A DNA stretch of 64,000 nucleotides from Minisyncoccota bacterium (GCA_041664265.1 JBAYLD010000004.1:33470-97469); one strand, 5' to 3'; shown: positions 24,272 through 34,180, numbered from the stretch's first letter. The notes: generated by a model not told the origin, from the sequence alone. Numbers and translations: made by a program.

Positions 24272-26641
24272 ATGAAAGATATGACTGACCCAAACCTCTC
24301 AGAGCGCGATATCTGCACGAAGTACATCACTCCGGCACTCGTGGCGGCAGGGTGGAATATCCAGACTCAAGTCAGAGAAGAATTGAGCTTCACGGCCGGA
24401 CGCATCAATATACGCGGTAAGACCATTTCGCGCGGAGAAAAGAAACGTGCCGACTATGTCCTGTACTATAAAAACAATCTCCCGATCGCTCTTATCGAAG
24501 CGAAAGATGCGAATCACTCGGTTGGTGACGGGATGCAGCAAGCGCTTGCGTATGCTGAAGCACTCGATATCTCGTTTGTCTTCAGCTCAAACGGTGCGGG
24601 GTTTCTGGAGCACGATCGATTGAAAACAGGAGGGGATATTGAACAGGAAATTGCTTTGGAGGCATTTCCGAGCCCGGGTGCCCTTTTTGAACGGTATCAA
24701 CACGGAAAGAATCTGGACGAAGAGGAACGCGATATCCTGCTACAGGAGTATTTCCAAGATGGATCCGGTCGTGGCCCGCGCTACTATCAGATCAATGCCA
24801 TAAATCGCGTGGTAGAAGCGGTCGCAAAGGGCCAGAACCGCATCATGCTCGTCATGGCGACGGGGACCGGCAAGACCTACACCGCATTTCAAATCATTTG
24901 GCGGCTCTGGAAGGCAAAAAAGAAACAGCGCATATTGTTTCTTGTTGATCGAACAGCGCTTGCAGACCAAACAAAGAACAGCGATTTTCGACATTTCGGC
25001 AATGCCATAACGAAGATTGATGGTCCGAAAGTTGATCCGGCCTACGAGGTGTATATCGCGCTCTATCAGGGGCTCATGGGTGGCGAGGAGACAGAGAAAT
25101 TTAAGCAATTTTCACCGGATTTTTTCGATCTGGTCGTAGTGGATGAGTGTCATCGCGGTGTCGCGAGAGATGATGCACTCTGGCGCTCAATCCTCGACTA
25201 CTATGCGAGCGCCACGCATATCGGCCTTACGGCAACTCCTAAGGCAGCTGACGATGCGAATAATTTTGAATATTTCGGCGCGCCTATCTACACCTACTCC
25301 CTCAAGCAGGGGATTGAAGACGGCTTCCTTGCGCCGTATAAAGTCATCCGATACATTTTAGATAAAGACGAATGGCGGCCCGATAGTATGGTGCGCGACA
25401 CGAGTGGCAACCAGATCGAAGATCGCATTTATACCACCGCAGACTACGACACGAAGCTCGTTATAGATGCGCGTGCCAAGCTCGTTGCCGCGAAAATCGT
25501 TGAGTTCATGCGCGAAACCGATCCGATGCAGAAAGCTATCGTTTTTTGTGTCGATCAGGCTCACGCTGAGCGGATGCGCGAAGCGCTCGTCAACGCGAGT
25601 GGGGAATATGCGGCCCAAAATAGCCGCTATGTCGTGCGCATCACCGGTGATGATACCTACGGCAAGCTTGAAATAGATAACTTCACGAATCCCGAATCTC
25701 CGTATCCAGTCATCGCCACTACGTCAAAGTTGCTCTCTACTGGCGTCGATACCCAGACAGTAAAGCTCATCGTGCTTGATGCCCCGATGAACTCTATGAC
25801 CGAATTTAAACAAGTCATCGGCCGAGGCACGCGCATCAACGAGCAGTACGGTAAGTACTACTTCACCATCATGGACTTCCGTAACGTCACACGGCTTTTC
25901 GCCGATAAAGACTTCGACGGTGAGCCGGTCGAGAGTTACGAACGCAAAGTTGAGGAGACACTGCCGATCAAGCGCATTATCGAAGAAGAAACCGTCTCTG
26001 AACGTGAGATCATCGAGCATAATCCGCAAGAAGAAATCCTTATTGATGGAACCGAAGAGAATCCGAAGCCGAAGAAGATACATATCGCTGATGGGGTTAC
26101 CTTCGACGTGATCCATAAGCTGGTGCAGTATATTGATCCAGCGACTGGTAAACTCATCACCGCGTCGCTCCAGGACTACAGTAAGAAGGCTGTCTGTGGT
26201 ATGTATGCTTCGCTTGAAGACTTCCTCAACCGATGGAACGCTACCGAGCGCAAAGAAGTGATTATCAGTGAGCTCGCCGAGCGTGGCGTTATCTTTGATG
26301 AGCTTCGCGCAGAGGTAGGGCAGGAGTGCGACGTGTTCGACCTCATCACACAGGTCGCTTTTGGCAAGAAGCCGCTCACACGGAGTGAGCGGCTGAAGAA
26401 CGTGAGGCAGAGCGACTACTTCGCCAAATATGAGGGTCAGGCACGCGAGATTATTAATCACCTCTTAGAGAAGTATGCCGAGTATGGCATTACTGCCATA
26501 GACGACATCGGTGACTTGCAGGTCTCGCCCTTTAGTGATTATGGCGCGCCGGTTGAGATCGTGGATGGTATCTTCGGCGGTCGCGAGCAATATTTACAAG
26601 TTGTTCGCGAGATCGAGCGGCAGTTGTATAGTGCTTCGTAG
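24272..26641 (+). CDS. hsdR: Type I restriction enzyme R subunit (EcoAI/EcoEI-like)
   Basis: ADYVL..IEAK nuclease, MATGTGKT, DECH, LTATP, QVIGRGTR; start may be 24281. Confidence 0.95.
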   Translation: MKDMTDPNLSERDICTKYITPALVAAGWNIQTQVREELSFTAGRINIRGKTISRGEKKRADYVLYYKNNLPIALIEAKDANHSVGDGMQQALAYAEALDISFVFSSNGAGFLEHDRLKTGGDIEQEIALEAFPSPGALFERYQHGKNLDEEERDILLQEYFQDGSGRGPRYYQINAINRVVEAVAKGQNRIMLVMATGTGKTYTAFQIIWRLWKAKKKQRILFLVDRTALADQTKNSDFRHFGNAITKIDGPKVDPAYEVYIALYQGLMGGEETEKFKQFSPDFFDLVVVDECHRGVARDDALWRSILDYYASATHIGLTATPKAADDANNFEYFGAPIYTYSLKQGIEDGFLAPYKVIRYILDKDEWRPDSMVRDTSGNQIEDRIYTTADYDTKLVIDARAKLVAAKIVEFMRETDPMQKAIVFCVDQAHAERMREALVNASGEYAAQNSRYVVRITGDDTYGKLEIDNFTNPESPYPVIATTSKLLSTGVDTQTVKLIVLDAPMNSMTEFKQVIGRGTRINEQYGKYYFTIMDFRNVTRLFADKDFDGEPVESYERKVEETLPIKRIIEEETVSEREIIEHNPQEEILIDGTEENPKPKKIHIADGVTFDVIHKLVQYIDPATGKLITASLQDYSKKAVCGMYASLEDFLNRWNATERKEVIISELAERGVIFDELRAEVGQECDVFDLITQVAFGKKPLTRSERLKNVRQSDYFAKYEGQAREIINHLLEKYAEYGITAIDDIGDLQVSPFSDYGAPVEIVDGIFGGREQYLQVVREIERQLYSAS

Positions 26642-26644
26642 GCC

Positions 26645-28087
26645 ATGGTTGACATTCAGAACATCATCAAGGCGATTCAGGACATCATGCGCAAGGATGC
26701 GGGGGTCGACGGTGATGCCCAACGTCTGTCACAACTCGTCTGGATGCTCTTCCTCAAGATTTTCGATGACCGAGAAAAGAATCAAGAATACATAGACCCC
26801 ACGTATCGCTCGCCGATACCCGAGAAGCTTCGCTGGCGGAGCTGGGCAGCTGATTCAGAGGGCATGACGGGCGAAGAGCTCCATTCTTTTATCGACAAAG
26901 AGCTTTTCCCGGCGCTCAAGAATATCCCACTGGGCAATGTTGAATCATCGGCTGGCATCGTGCGGGGTGTTTTTACCGACTCTTATAACTATATGAAGAA
27001 CGGTACGCTCATTCGGCAGGTCGTGAACAAGATTCAAGAGATCAATTTCAATAAGAAAAACGATCGGCATCAATTCGGCGATTTGTACGAGAAATTGCTT
27101 AAAGATCTCCAGAGTGCCGGGAACGCGGGCGAGTTCTACACGCCGCGCCCGCTCACGAAATTTGTGGTGGAGATGATGGCTCCCATGCTTGGTGAAAGTG
27201 TCCTTGACCCTGCTTGCGGCACCGGCGGCTTTCTCATAAACGTGCTCGAATACGTTCGAGCACACGAGGTCAAGACGGCCGCAAATGAGAAGAAACTTGA
27301 AGCATCGGTACACGGGGTGGAGCTGAAGCCGCTCCCGCACCTCCTCGCGACTACCAACTTCATGCTGCACGATGTGGAAATTCCTTCTACGGTGCGACGT
27401 GATGATATGCTCGCCAAGCCACTGACACAATATGGTCCCAGTGATCGTGTAGATATCATCGTGGCAAATCCACCATTCGGTGGGATGGTGCAGGATGGCA
27501 CTCAAGCTAACTTCCCGAGTGAGTTACGAACTAAAGACACCGCGTTACTCTTTCTCCAGCTGTTCATTCATCTCTTGAAGCCACAAGGCCGAGCTGGAAT
27601 CGTATTGCCCGATGGCGTTCTCTTTGGTGAGGGCGTTGCGAGCAAGATAAAAGAGAAGCTTCTGACCGAATGCAATGTGCATACGATCGTGCGACTCCCG
27701 CAGGGTGTTTTCAGTCCCTACGCGGGCGTGAACACGAACCTAGTCTTCTTCGAGAAGGGAACTCCCACAAAAGAAATTTGGTACTACGCGATGCCGCTCC
27801 CAGAAGGCTTGCGACAATACAGCAAGGGCACGCCGATTAAAGATTCTGAATTTGAACCCGTGAAGAAATGGTGGGGTGGGGTAGAGCGCAAGGGGCGCAA
27901 GGCGAGCGAGTACACATGGAAAGTCTCCATCGATGATATCCGTGCTCGCAACTACAACCTCGACTTCAAGAACCCCAACGCCCCCGCCGCCACCGAACAT
28001 AAAACTCCGAAAGAACTTCTGGTCGATATTGAAAGTAAGGAAAAACAAATCTCCGCGCTGTTGGGGGAGATGAAAAAGGAGATATGA
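26645..28087 (+). CDS. hsdM: Type I R-M methyltransferase M subunit (m6A)
   Basis: GEFYTPR, DPACGTGGFL, NPPF. Confidence 0.96.
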   Translation: MVDIQNIIKAIQDIMRKDAGVDGDAQRLSQLVWMLFLKIFDDREKNQEYIDPTYRSPIPEKLRWRSWAADSEGMTGEELHSFIDKELFPALKNIPLGNVESSAGIVRGVFTDSYNYMKNGTLIRQVVNKIQEINFNKKNDRHQFGDLYEKLLKDLQSAGNAGEFYTPRPLTKFVVEMMAPMLGESVLDPACGTGGFLINVLEYVRAHEVKTAANEKKLEASVHGVELKPLPHLLATTNFMLHDVEIPSTVRRDDMLAKPLTQYGPSDRVDIIVANPPFGGMVQDGTQANFPSELRTKDTALLFLQLFIHLLKPQGRAGIVLPDGVLFGEGVASKIKEKLLTECNVHTIVRLPQGVFSPYAGVNTNLVFFEKGTPTKEIWYYAMPLPEGLRQYSKGTPIKDSEFEPVKKWWGGVERKGRKASEYTWKVSIDDIRARNYNLDFKNPNAPAATEHKTPKELLVDIESKEKQISALLGEMKKEI

Positions 28088-28779
28088 AAAAATCATTTAA
28101 GACAAAATTCAATATTTTCTTACGGAAAGAACCGAACAGAGCTTCTGAAGGCGTCTTGATTCCTGCCGGAACAAAAATTGAAGGTCTAGAAACGGTTAAA
28201 GGGGAGAGTGTAGAAGATATAGACAATTGGTACAAAAACGAAAATGGATTGTATTTTTGGGCCGGTGGTGTAGAAGAAATTACATCAGAAAGCCCGAGCT
28301 TTATTTGGCCAGTTGAGTCAATTTACAAAAAAATAACAACTCCCTTCTCAGAAAAATGGATTCTCAATTTGAAGAAAAAACACACAGGTGTAGATATTGC
28401 CGTGCCAGTTGGTAAAGAAGTTTACGTAGTCGCAGACTGTGTTGTTAGAAAAATTGGCTGGCTCGATCAGAAAAAAACGATGGCTCAATATGTGACGGTT
28501 GAGCATGATTCCAGTGGATACTGCTCTGCTTATTTGCATATTGATCCTGCGGTAAAAAAGGATGACAAACTAAAAGCAAAAGATATCGTTGGGCATACGG
28601 CCCAATTGATAGACATGGGTTCTCACCTGCATTTCAATTTTTGGAAAGGGACATATAACGACTTACTTTGTCGTGGGGCACTCCCGTCTTTAGAATTTGC
28701 AGGAACAATACATCCCGTGAGTGACCCTGCTTTCCCTTCAAATTTTGTGGATCCCATGTCAGTCTTGTATCTCGATTAA
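28084..28779 (+). CDS. M23 metallopeptidase with N-terminal SH3-like region, no signal peptide
   Basis: HTGVD (HxxxD), AYLH, HLHF (HxH); N-terminal LRKEPN...VKGESV..NWY. Confidence 0.85.
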   Translation: MKKSFKTKFNIFLRKEPNRASEGVLIPAGTKIEGLETVKGESVEDIDNWYKNENGLYFWAGGVEEITSESPSFIWPVESIYKKITTPFSEKWILNLKKKHTGVDIAVPVGKEVYVVADCVVRKIGWLDQKKTMAQYVTVEHDSSGYCSAYLHIDPAVKKDDKLKAKDIVGHTAQLIDMGSHLHFNFWKGTYNDLLCRGALPSLEFAGTIHPVSDPAFPSNFVDPMSVLYLD

Positions 28780-28783
28780 GGGT

Positions 28784-29536
28784 ATGACCTGCCTAACAAA
28801 AAAATCAAAAGAGATAAGTTCTCTTGATTTAAGTAATCAGAAGGGAATGATGGACTTTTTACGAGCACCAACGGTAAAGATCGCAGAATTTATTACCGGC
28901 GTTCTTGTTTCAGAACAAAAGGATTGGAAATTTTCGGCAGGCAAACTTGTACAAGCTGCTATAAAAGGAAATCTACTTACTCAACTAGGGCGAGAAATAG
29001 AAAAATATCGCAATGAAGGTAGGATTAAAGAGGATTATTTCGCGACTCATAAAAATCAAGCCTCGCTCTATGAGTTATTGAAGTTTTTAGACGAAGAAGT
29101 ACCGGACGAAGAACTTTTTAAAGCAATTAAATCTATTTTCTTTGCAGGTATAAGTGTCGATTCAGATGCGCAAAACGAGGCTTTAGCATATGAATTTTTG
29201 CAAACTGCAAAAAAATTGAATGGAACAGAGATTCTGATTCTAAAAGCCAATTTTGATATTGTGCGAGGTCACCCAATAGCCGAAGTACAAAAACGTATGG
29301 AAGACACAAGTAATAACCACAATAGAGGACGCTGGCGCAAATTTATTTCGATTCAGATGGGTTACAGCGATTTTGATGCCGTAGTACGTAAATATGAGGC
29401 TCATCTTGAAGAGTTGTGTCTGATTACACCTCGCAATGAAGATAACCGATTTGTCAATGATTATGAACCTTCTCAAAAATTCCGACTTACTGAAATTGGA
29501 TTTAAATTTTGTGAGTTTATGACCAAATATGAATAG
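28784..29536 (+). CDS. Hypothetical protein, possibly Abi-alpha/DUF4393-like
   Basis: AT-rich ORF overlapping the hsdS start; C-terminal RLTEIGFKFCEF resembles the winged-helix end of that family (from memory). Confidence 0.6.
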   Translation: MTCLTKKSKEISSLDLSNQKGMMDFLRAPTVKIAEFITGVLVSEQKDWKFSAGKLVQAAIKGNLLTQLGREIEKYRNEGRIKEDYFATHKNQASLYELLKFLDEEVPDEELFKAIKSIFFAGISVDSDAQNEALAYEFLQTAKKLNGTEILILKANFDIVRGHPIAEVQKRMEDTSNNHNRGRWRKFISIQMGYSDFDAVVRKYEAHLEELCLITPRNEDNRFVNDYEPSQKFRLTEIGFKFCEFMTKYE

Positions 29537-30656
29537 TGTGCGAACAAAAAAACTAGGGGAGGTTTTGGAGAAGATTCCGAAGATTGTCGGTGTGCTTACA
29601 AAAGATTATCTAGACGAGGGAATGTTTCCAATCGTAGACCAAGGGCAATCGTTTATTGCCGGTTATACCAATGATATTGCAAGTGTTTACTGTGGAGAAT
29701 TGCCAGTAGTTATTTTTGGCGACCATACACGGGCAATGAAGTTCATCGATTTTCCGTTTGCTATTGGTGCGGATGGAACAAAGATTCTGAAACCGACAAG
29801 CGAATTTGATGCAAAATTCTTTTATTATTTTTTACTGTCGATAAATATTCCAGCCAGAGGTTACGCGAGGCACTACTCGTTACTTAGAGAGTTTAAAATC
29901 CCATTGCCGACGGTGGGGGAGCAGAAGAAAATTGTGGCGAGGATAGAAAAGCAGTTTGCGAAGATTGATGAGGCCGCATGCCTGCGTGCAGAATCGCTTG
30001 CTTCGACTGAACAAATTTTTCCTGCTATCCTCCACGAAATTTTTTCCTCTGCCGAATCAAAAGAGTGGGGATTAGTGAGCATCACCAACGAGGCTTTCTT
30101 TCAAGAAGGCCCGGGCATCCGTTCATATGAGTATGAAGACGACGGCTATCCAATGATTAATGTTCGTTGCGTTCAGGATGGGCGTATCAATCTCACGGGC
30201 GGTAAGGCAGCGTCGCGCGAATTGGCGGAGGGAAAGTGGAAACATTTTCAAGTGCAGGTGGGGGATATTCTCTTCACCACATCTGGCACCATAGGCCGTG
30301 TTGCGGTCGTTCAGGAGTATGACCTGCCACTCCTTATGAATACGAGCGTCGTTCGTTTTCGCACGCTTGACGAAAGTCGGCTAGCAAATGATTTCTTGTA
30401 TTGGGTTCTTCGGTCGCCTGATTTTGTAAACGGGCTCAAAGTGCAAAGTACGGGTTCAGCTCAGCAAAACGTCGGGCCGTCGCACATTAAGAAAATGCAA
30501 ATTCCCCTGCCACCCCTCGCTGAGCAGAAGGAGATTGTGAAGAAGCTCGATGCCTTGTCTGAGAAGGTTCGGGCGCTGCAGGAGCTTCAATCCGCCCAAG
30601 CCACCGACCTGAAGGCTCTCAAGCAGTCCATTTTGCATGAGGCGTTTTCTGGATAA
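29529..30656 (+). CDS. hsdS: Type I R-M specificity subunit
   Basis: Two TRDs, each followed by IPLP..EQK.IV conserved helices. Confidence 0.93.
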   Translation: MNSVRTKKLGEVLEKIPKIVGVLTKDYLDEGMFPIVDQGQSFIAGYTNDIASVYCGELPVVIFGDHTRAMKFIDFPFAIGADGTKILKPTSEFDAKFFYYFLLSINIPARGYARHYSLLREFKIPLPTVGEQKKIVARIEKQFAKIDEAACLRAESLASTEQIFPAILHEIFSSAESKEWGLVSITNEAFFQEGPGIRSYEYEDDGYPMINVRCVQDGRINLTGGKAASRELAEGKWKHFQVQVGDILFTTSGTIGRVAVVQEYDLPLLMNTSVVRFRTLDESRLANDFLYWVLRSPDFVNGLKVQSTGSAQQNVGPSHIKKMQIPLPPLAEQKEIVKKLDALSEKVRALQELQSAQATDLKALKQSILHEAFSG

Positions 30657-30779
30657 GCCCTTAAGGTGTCACCTTACGGGCTTAAGAAGGGCTATATTGG
30701 GTTGGATAAATTGCCGTATTTTGTACTCCTCACCTCGTAGCCATTGACTAGATTGAGTATCCGATCAAGGATCGGTTAT

Positions 30780-31208
30780 ATGGACATAAGTCGAGAACTT
30801 GCGATCGAAATCCTAAAATACCTAGATGAACACTCGGGCTTCTATTTTCCGTTTTTAGTCATGTGCAAGGAATATTCTGATGAGGATAATAACTTCGTCG
30901 AGATCGAGCCGGATGAATGGCGGATGATTAAAGAGGATGACAAATATCAGACTTTCCAGCTCTGGGAGAATCTTCAAAACCTAGACAAAGAAACGCTCGA
31001 CCTTATGTCGCGGGGATTTATCCAGAAGATCACGAACATTTCACTAGAATTTCACATCGCTACGTTGGCAAAAAGTTATCGAAATGAGTGGAAGAAGCAT
31101 CTGCCAGAAAACGAGAAAATAGGGGCTTATGGTTTCAATGAATTCATCGGTGGTAAGGCAGAAGGATACGAAGATTGTCTTGATTTGATCAAATCTTACA
31201 TAAATTAA
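30780..31208 (+). CDS. Hypothetical protein
   Basis: AT-rich 142-aa ORF bounded by palindromes. Confidence 0.7.
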   Translation: MDISRELAIEILKYLDEHSGFYFPFLVMCKEYSDEDNNFVEIEPDEWRMIKEDDKYQTFQLWENLQNLDKETLDLMSRGFIQKITNISLEFHIATLAKSYRNEWKKHLPENEKIGAYGFNEFIGGKAEGYEDCLDLIKSYIN

Positions 31209-31325
31209 CCTCCGTAAGGTGACACCTTGGATACTTTGGGTACATAGGGCTCGATGTAGCAAGGGTAGATTCTGGGAATATGTTAGAACCTTTCGTTCTT
31301 TGGTATACAAGAGTATGCTGATTTT

Positions 31326-32222
31326 ATGGCGGATAGTGAAAAAACTAAGTCGTTGACGGCAGACGATTTTAAAAAGAAGTTCAATCTTGAAAACATAAGC
31401 TTCCCGGAGCCATTGGCGTTTTCCAACGCTATCGGTATTGGAGTTAAGAAGGTATACCCAACAGGTTTTGCATCTGTGTATGGGGTTGAGATAGCACGAC
31501 ACAAACCTCAACCGACCTCTAGAAAAAGTTTATTTGCACACGTTGCGTATGGAAAAGATACACCGGAAGGGGTTATCTTAATGTCGGACAAAAAATTGTC
31601 CGATCCGATTGACTTAAACTTTGACGATGAGTTCTCGTTCGATTTACAAACGGATAAGTTTTATTACAAAGATCAGGAAATTCGGCCAGAGGAGATTTTC
31701 ACTATTATTGACAAGGCTCACAAAAAACCCTCGCAGCCAATTACTGGGTTTCCCTTAAGATGCAAACTTTGGTTTTGGAGAAAATTCCTCACAGGCGTCA
31801 TAAAATATCTCGATATTTTCTTAATAGGACTGCTGTGGGTAATTTCTGGAGAGCGAATCAAGGGAGGTATTTGGAGGCGCATCATCAACATACACTCAGA
31901 TAAGCGATACCAAATAGAAGGGAAAGACGGTTTATTTGAGGAGGCAAGAACAATGGAATTTTTTGGATATAAGGCAAAACGATGGTCCGTCGTTTTCTAT
32001 TGTGTTCTGCACCTGACCATTTTCTCTATTTTCTTCTGGAAGAAGGTTTCGTATTCATTTATTGATCAAGTGTTCAGTAGCAATTTTCTTGCTCTTTGTT
32101 ATGTTGTAGTTTCATTTGCGACCACCGAATCGTTGGTGCCCAGGCTACTAAAATCAGCAATAAATGAACTGACTCCGAGGATGTTTAGCAATATCTCGGA
32201 TAAGAAACTTGCAATAAGCTAA
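31326..32222 (+). CDS. Hypothetical membrane protein (2-3 C-terminal TM segments)
   Basis: AT-rich 298-aa ORF with hydrophobic C-terminal segments. Confidence 0.75.
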   Translation: MADSEKTKSLTADDFKKKFNLENISFPEPLAFSNAIGIGVKKVYPTGFASVYGVEIARHKPQPTSRKSLFAHVAYGKDTPEGVILMSDKKLSDPIDLNFDDEFSFDLQTDKFYYKDQEIRPEEIFTIIDKAHKKPSQPITGFPLRCKLWFWRKFLTGVIKYLDIFLIGLLWVISGERIKGGIWRRIINIHSDKRYQIEGKDGLFEEARTMEFFGYKAKRWSVVFYCVLHLTIFSIFFWKKVSYSFIDQVFSSNFLALCYVVVSFATTESLVPRLLKSAINELTPRMFSNISDKKLAIS

Positions 32223-32292
32223 CTGGGTACATGGATACATAGGTAGTCCTATGTAGGCAAAGGTTTTTGCGAGGCGGTGATACAATAGTCGC

Positions 32293-32436
32293 ATGCACCT
32301 AAGCTACCTAATGGGCGGAAAAGATATTTCAGATTCTGACTTGGAGAAGTTGAGGATTGAGATAGTTGAGGGCGATGCTGATGGGGACCGGAAATTGAAG
32401 ATTCCTGATGATAAGCGCGCCGATGTGGTTACATAG
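32293..32436 (+). pseudogene. Short ORF ending inside a family B palindrome, probably truncated
   Basis: TGATACAAT then ATG; MHLSYLMGGKDISDSDLEKLRIEIVEGDADGDRKLKIPDDK...; TAG supplied by the palindrome. Confidence 0.55.
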
Positions 32437-32492
32437 GGCTGCCCTATGTAAGCCCGTAAGGTGTCACCTTACGGAAGTGATAAGATGCCGGT

Positions 32493-32738
32493 ATGAAAAA
32501 GGTTTTTGCGGAGGCGGGGATGGGGAACGGGACATTTTTCTCGACTGAGTTCGAAGAGGGAGAGAGCGAATATCGAGTCCTAAAATTTATTCGACCTGAC
32601 AAAGTAGACGGATATTATTTACGCTTTTGGCTGTTCAAAACTGTTTTCGTCTTGTCTACCAATCACGGGTTTGAGATGAAGAAAAAAGATAGAAACAGGC
32701 TAAAGATCTTGTTCGGTATCGGCGGGGAGAACCCGTAG
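32493..32738 (+). CDS. DUF3977-like small protein
   Basis: MKKVFAEAGMGNGTFFSTEFEEG...YYLRFW. Confidence 0.7.
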   Translation: MKKVFAEAGMGNGTFFSTEFEEGESEYRVLKFIRPDKVDGYYLRFWLFKTVFVLSTNHGFEMKKKDRNRLKILFGIGGENP

Positions 32739-32858
32739 GTACATAGGGCTGCCCTATGTAGGCAAGTTGTTTAGTGAGCACGGGTAGTAAATCCGTAAGG
32801 TGTCACCTTACGCAGAGCCGTAAGGAAACACCTTACGGAAGTGATAAAATAGAGCGAT

Positions 32859-33098
32859 ATGAAGACAAACAAATGCGAGAGTTGTTTGATGCCGTTTGTG
32901 CAAGACCCAGGGGTGCGGGAGTCAGATAAATATTGCAGTTATTGTTACGGAGACGGGAAGCTCCGATATGAAGGCGATCTGAAGGGATTTCAGGAGGTTG
33001 CCTATAAGGAGATGACGGGGCATGGGATGAATAAATGGAAAGCGAAATTCTTCACCTGGCTGATTCGTTTCGCCCCGAGGTGGCAAGGTCGGGGTTAG
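32859..33098 (+). CDS. Putative zinc-ribbon domain protein
   Basis: CESCLMP...YCSYCY.DG...PRW. Confidence 0.8.
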   Translation: MKTNKCESCLMPFVQDPGVRESDKYCSYCYGDGKLRYEGDLKGFQEVAYKEMTGHGMNKWKAKFFTWLIRFAPRWQGRG

Positions 33099-33193
33099 TA
33101 AATCCGCAAGGTGACACCTCGCGGCGAGGTGTCACCTTGCGGACACAGACACAGAGCCATGGGTTCAAATGTTTTTTGTTTCATACCTTGAAA

Positions 33194-33229
33194 TAGACGA
33201 TTAACTCAACGGGTTGAGTTAATCGTCTA
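33194..33229. repeat. Perfect 17-bp-arm palindrome containing the sppA stop
   Basis: TAGACGATTAACTCAAC-gg-GTTGAGTTAATCGTCTA. Confidence 0.8.
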
Positions 33230-34090
33230 CGGCCAACAAACATCCGGCGTTTCGCCCATATCCGCTTCGAGCTTCTGCCACACTTCTGCTTTGGTCCCTA
33301 TTTGATCAACAAGGCCATTCTGGAGAGCCATCGCGCCGAGCATAGTGGAGCCGTCCGCAAGCGCAGTCACTTTTTCAAGCGAAAGGTCGCGATTTGCCGC
33401 TACTGCGTTGATAAAATTCTGCAGGACGATATCGAGGTCGCGTTGTATCAGCGAACGCTCGTCGTCGGTGAGCGGTCGATCCGGCGTGCCGGTGTCCTTG
33501 TACTTGCCCGTCGACAGTTGATTGAAAGTCAAACCATCTTTCGCGTTCTTTTTCACATTGTCGAGATACGACATCGTGACCCCGATGCTCCCGACATCTG
33601 AATTCTCAGAAGCGATGACAGTGTCGGCCGCGCTCGCAATCCAATACGCGGCTGAATAAGCATTCTCGCGCACCCATGCGATCGAGGGTTTGCCGAAGTT
33701 CTTCACCGCGCTCGCTATTTCGTCGGCGGCAACAGGAGAGCCGCCGCCCGAGTCGATTTCAAGAACAACTGCCTTAATCTGTGGATTGTTCGCTGCCTCT
33801 TCAAGAGCCCATATAACATCTTCAGAAGAAGTGACGGTATCGCAGTAACTATCGCTCGTGTCGGAAGAATCATTGACGTCGGGTTCGTAGGTGAGCAGGC
33901 ATCCGCGGATCTCGATACCAAGCACATTGCAATTCTCATCATAGTCAGAGGACTCATAAGAAGAATCAGTAGCGCTTGAATTTGGATTAAGGTATGAACC
34001 CGCAGTAACGCCGGCAAGGGTACCAAGAGCGATCAGAATAAATATAGAGACGAATTCTTTTATCTTGCCGTACATGTTCTTGTCAAACAT
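33227..34090 (-). CDS. sppA: S49 signal peptide peptidase
   Basis: IDSGGG, SAAYWIASAAD, GSIGV, GKYKD, GLVDQIG. Confidence 0.92.
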   Translation of the reverse strand: MFDKNMYGKIKEFVSIFILIALGTLAGVTAGSYLNPNSSATDSSYESSDYDENCNVLGIEIRGCLLTYEPDVNDSSDTSDSYCDTVTSSEDVIWALEEAANNPQIKAVVLEIDSGGGSPVAADEIASAVKNFGKPSIAWVRENAYSAAYWIASAADTVIASENSDVGSIGVTMSYLDNVKKNAKDGLTFNQLSTGKYKDTGTPDRPLTDDERSLIQRDLDIVLQNFINAVAANRDLSLEKVTALADGSTMLGAMALQNGLVDQIGTKAEVWQKLEADMGETPDVCWP

Positions 34091-34129
34091 TGCTTCGAGT
34101 ATAGCACCCGTGTTTGGGTTAAAATGGTA

Positions 34130-34150
34130 CCGTAAGGTGACACCTTACGG
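34130..34150. repeat. REP-like family A copy
   Basis: CCGTAAGGTGACACCTTACGG. Confidence 0.9.
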
Positions 34151-34180
34151 AGTTGACAGGAGGTGTATACTTAATCGCAT

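Larger units (their letters stand above)
30658..33142. repeat. Cluster of family A (CCGTAAGGTGWCACCTTACGG) and family B (TACATAGGGCTGCCCTATGTA) palindromes between small genes
   Basis: A at 30658, 31212, 32454, 32793, 32818, 33104; B at 31241 (degenerate), 32236, 32430, 32740. Confidence 0.9.

Noticed and set aside
29529-30656. Invertible hsdS shufflon
   Set aside because: Single hsdS, with no silent TRD copies, flanking inverted repeats or recombinase.
30657-33142. CRISPR array or classical integron
   Set aside because: Repeats are irregularly spaced around whole genes rather than 30-40 nt spacers; no cas or intI gene; no attC RYYYAAC/GTTRRRY boxes recognised.
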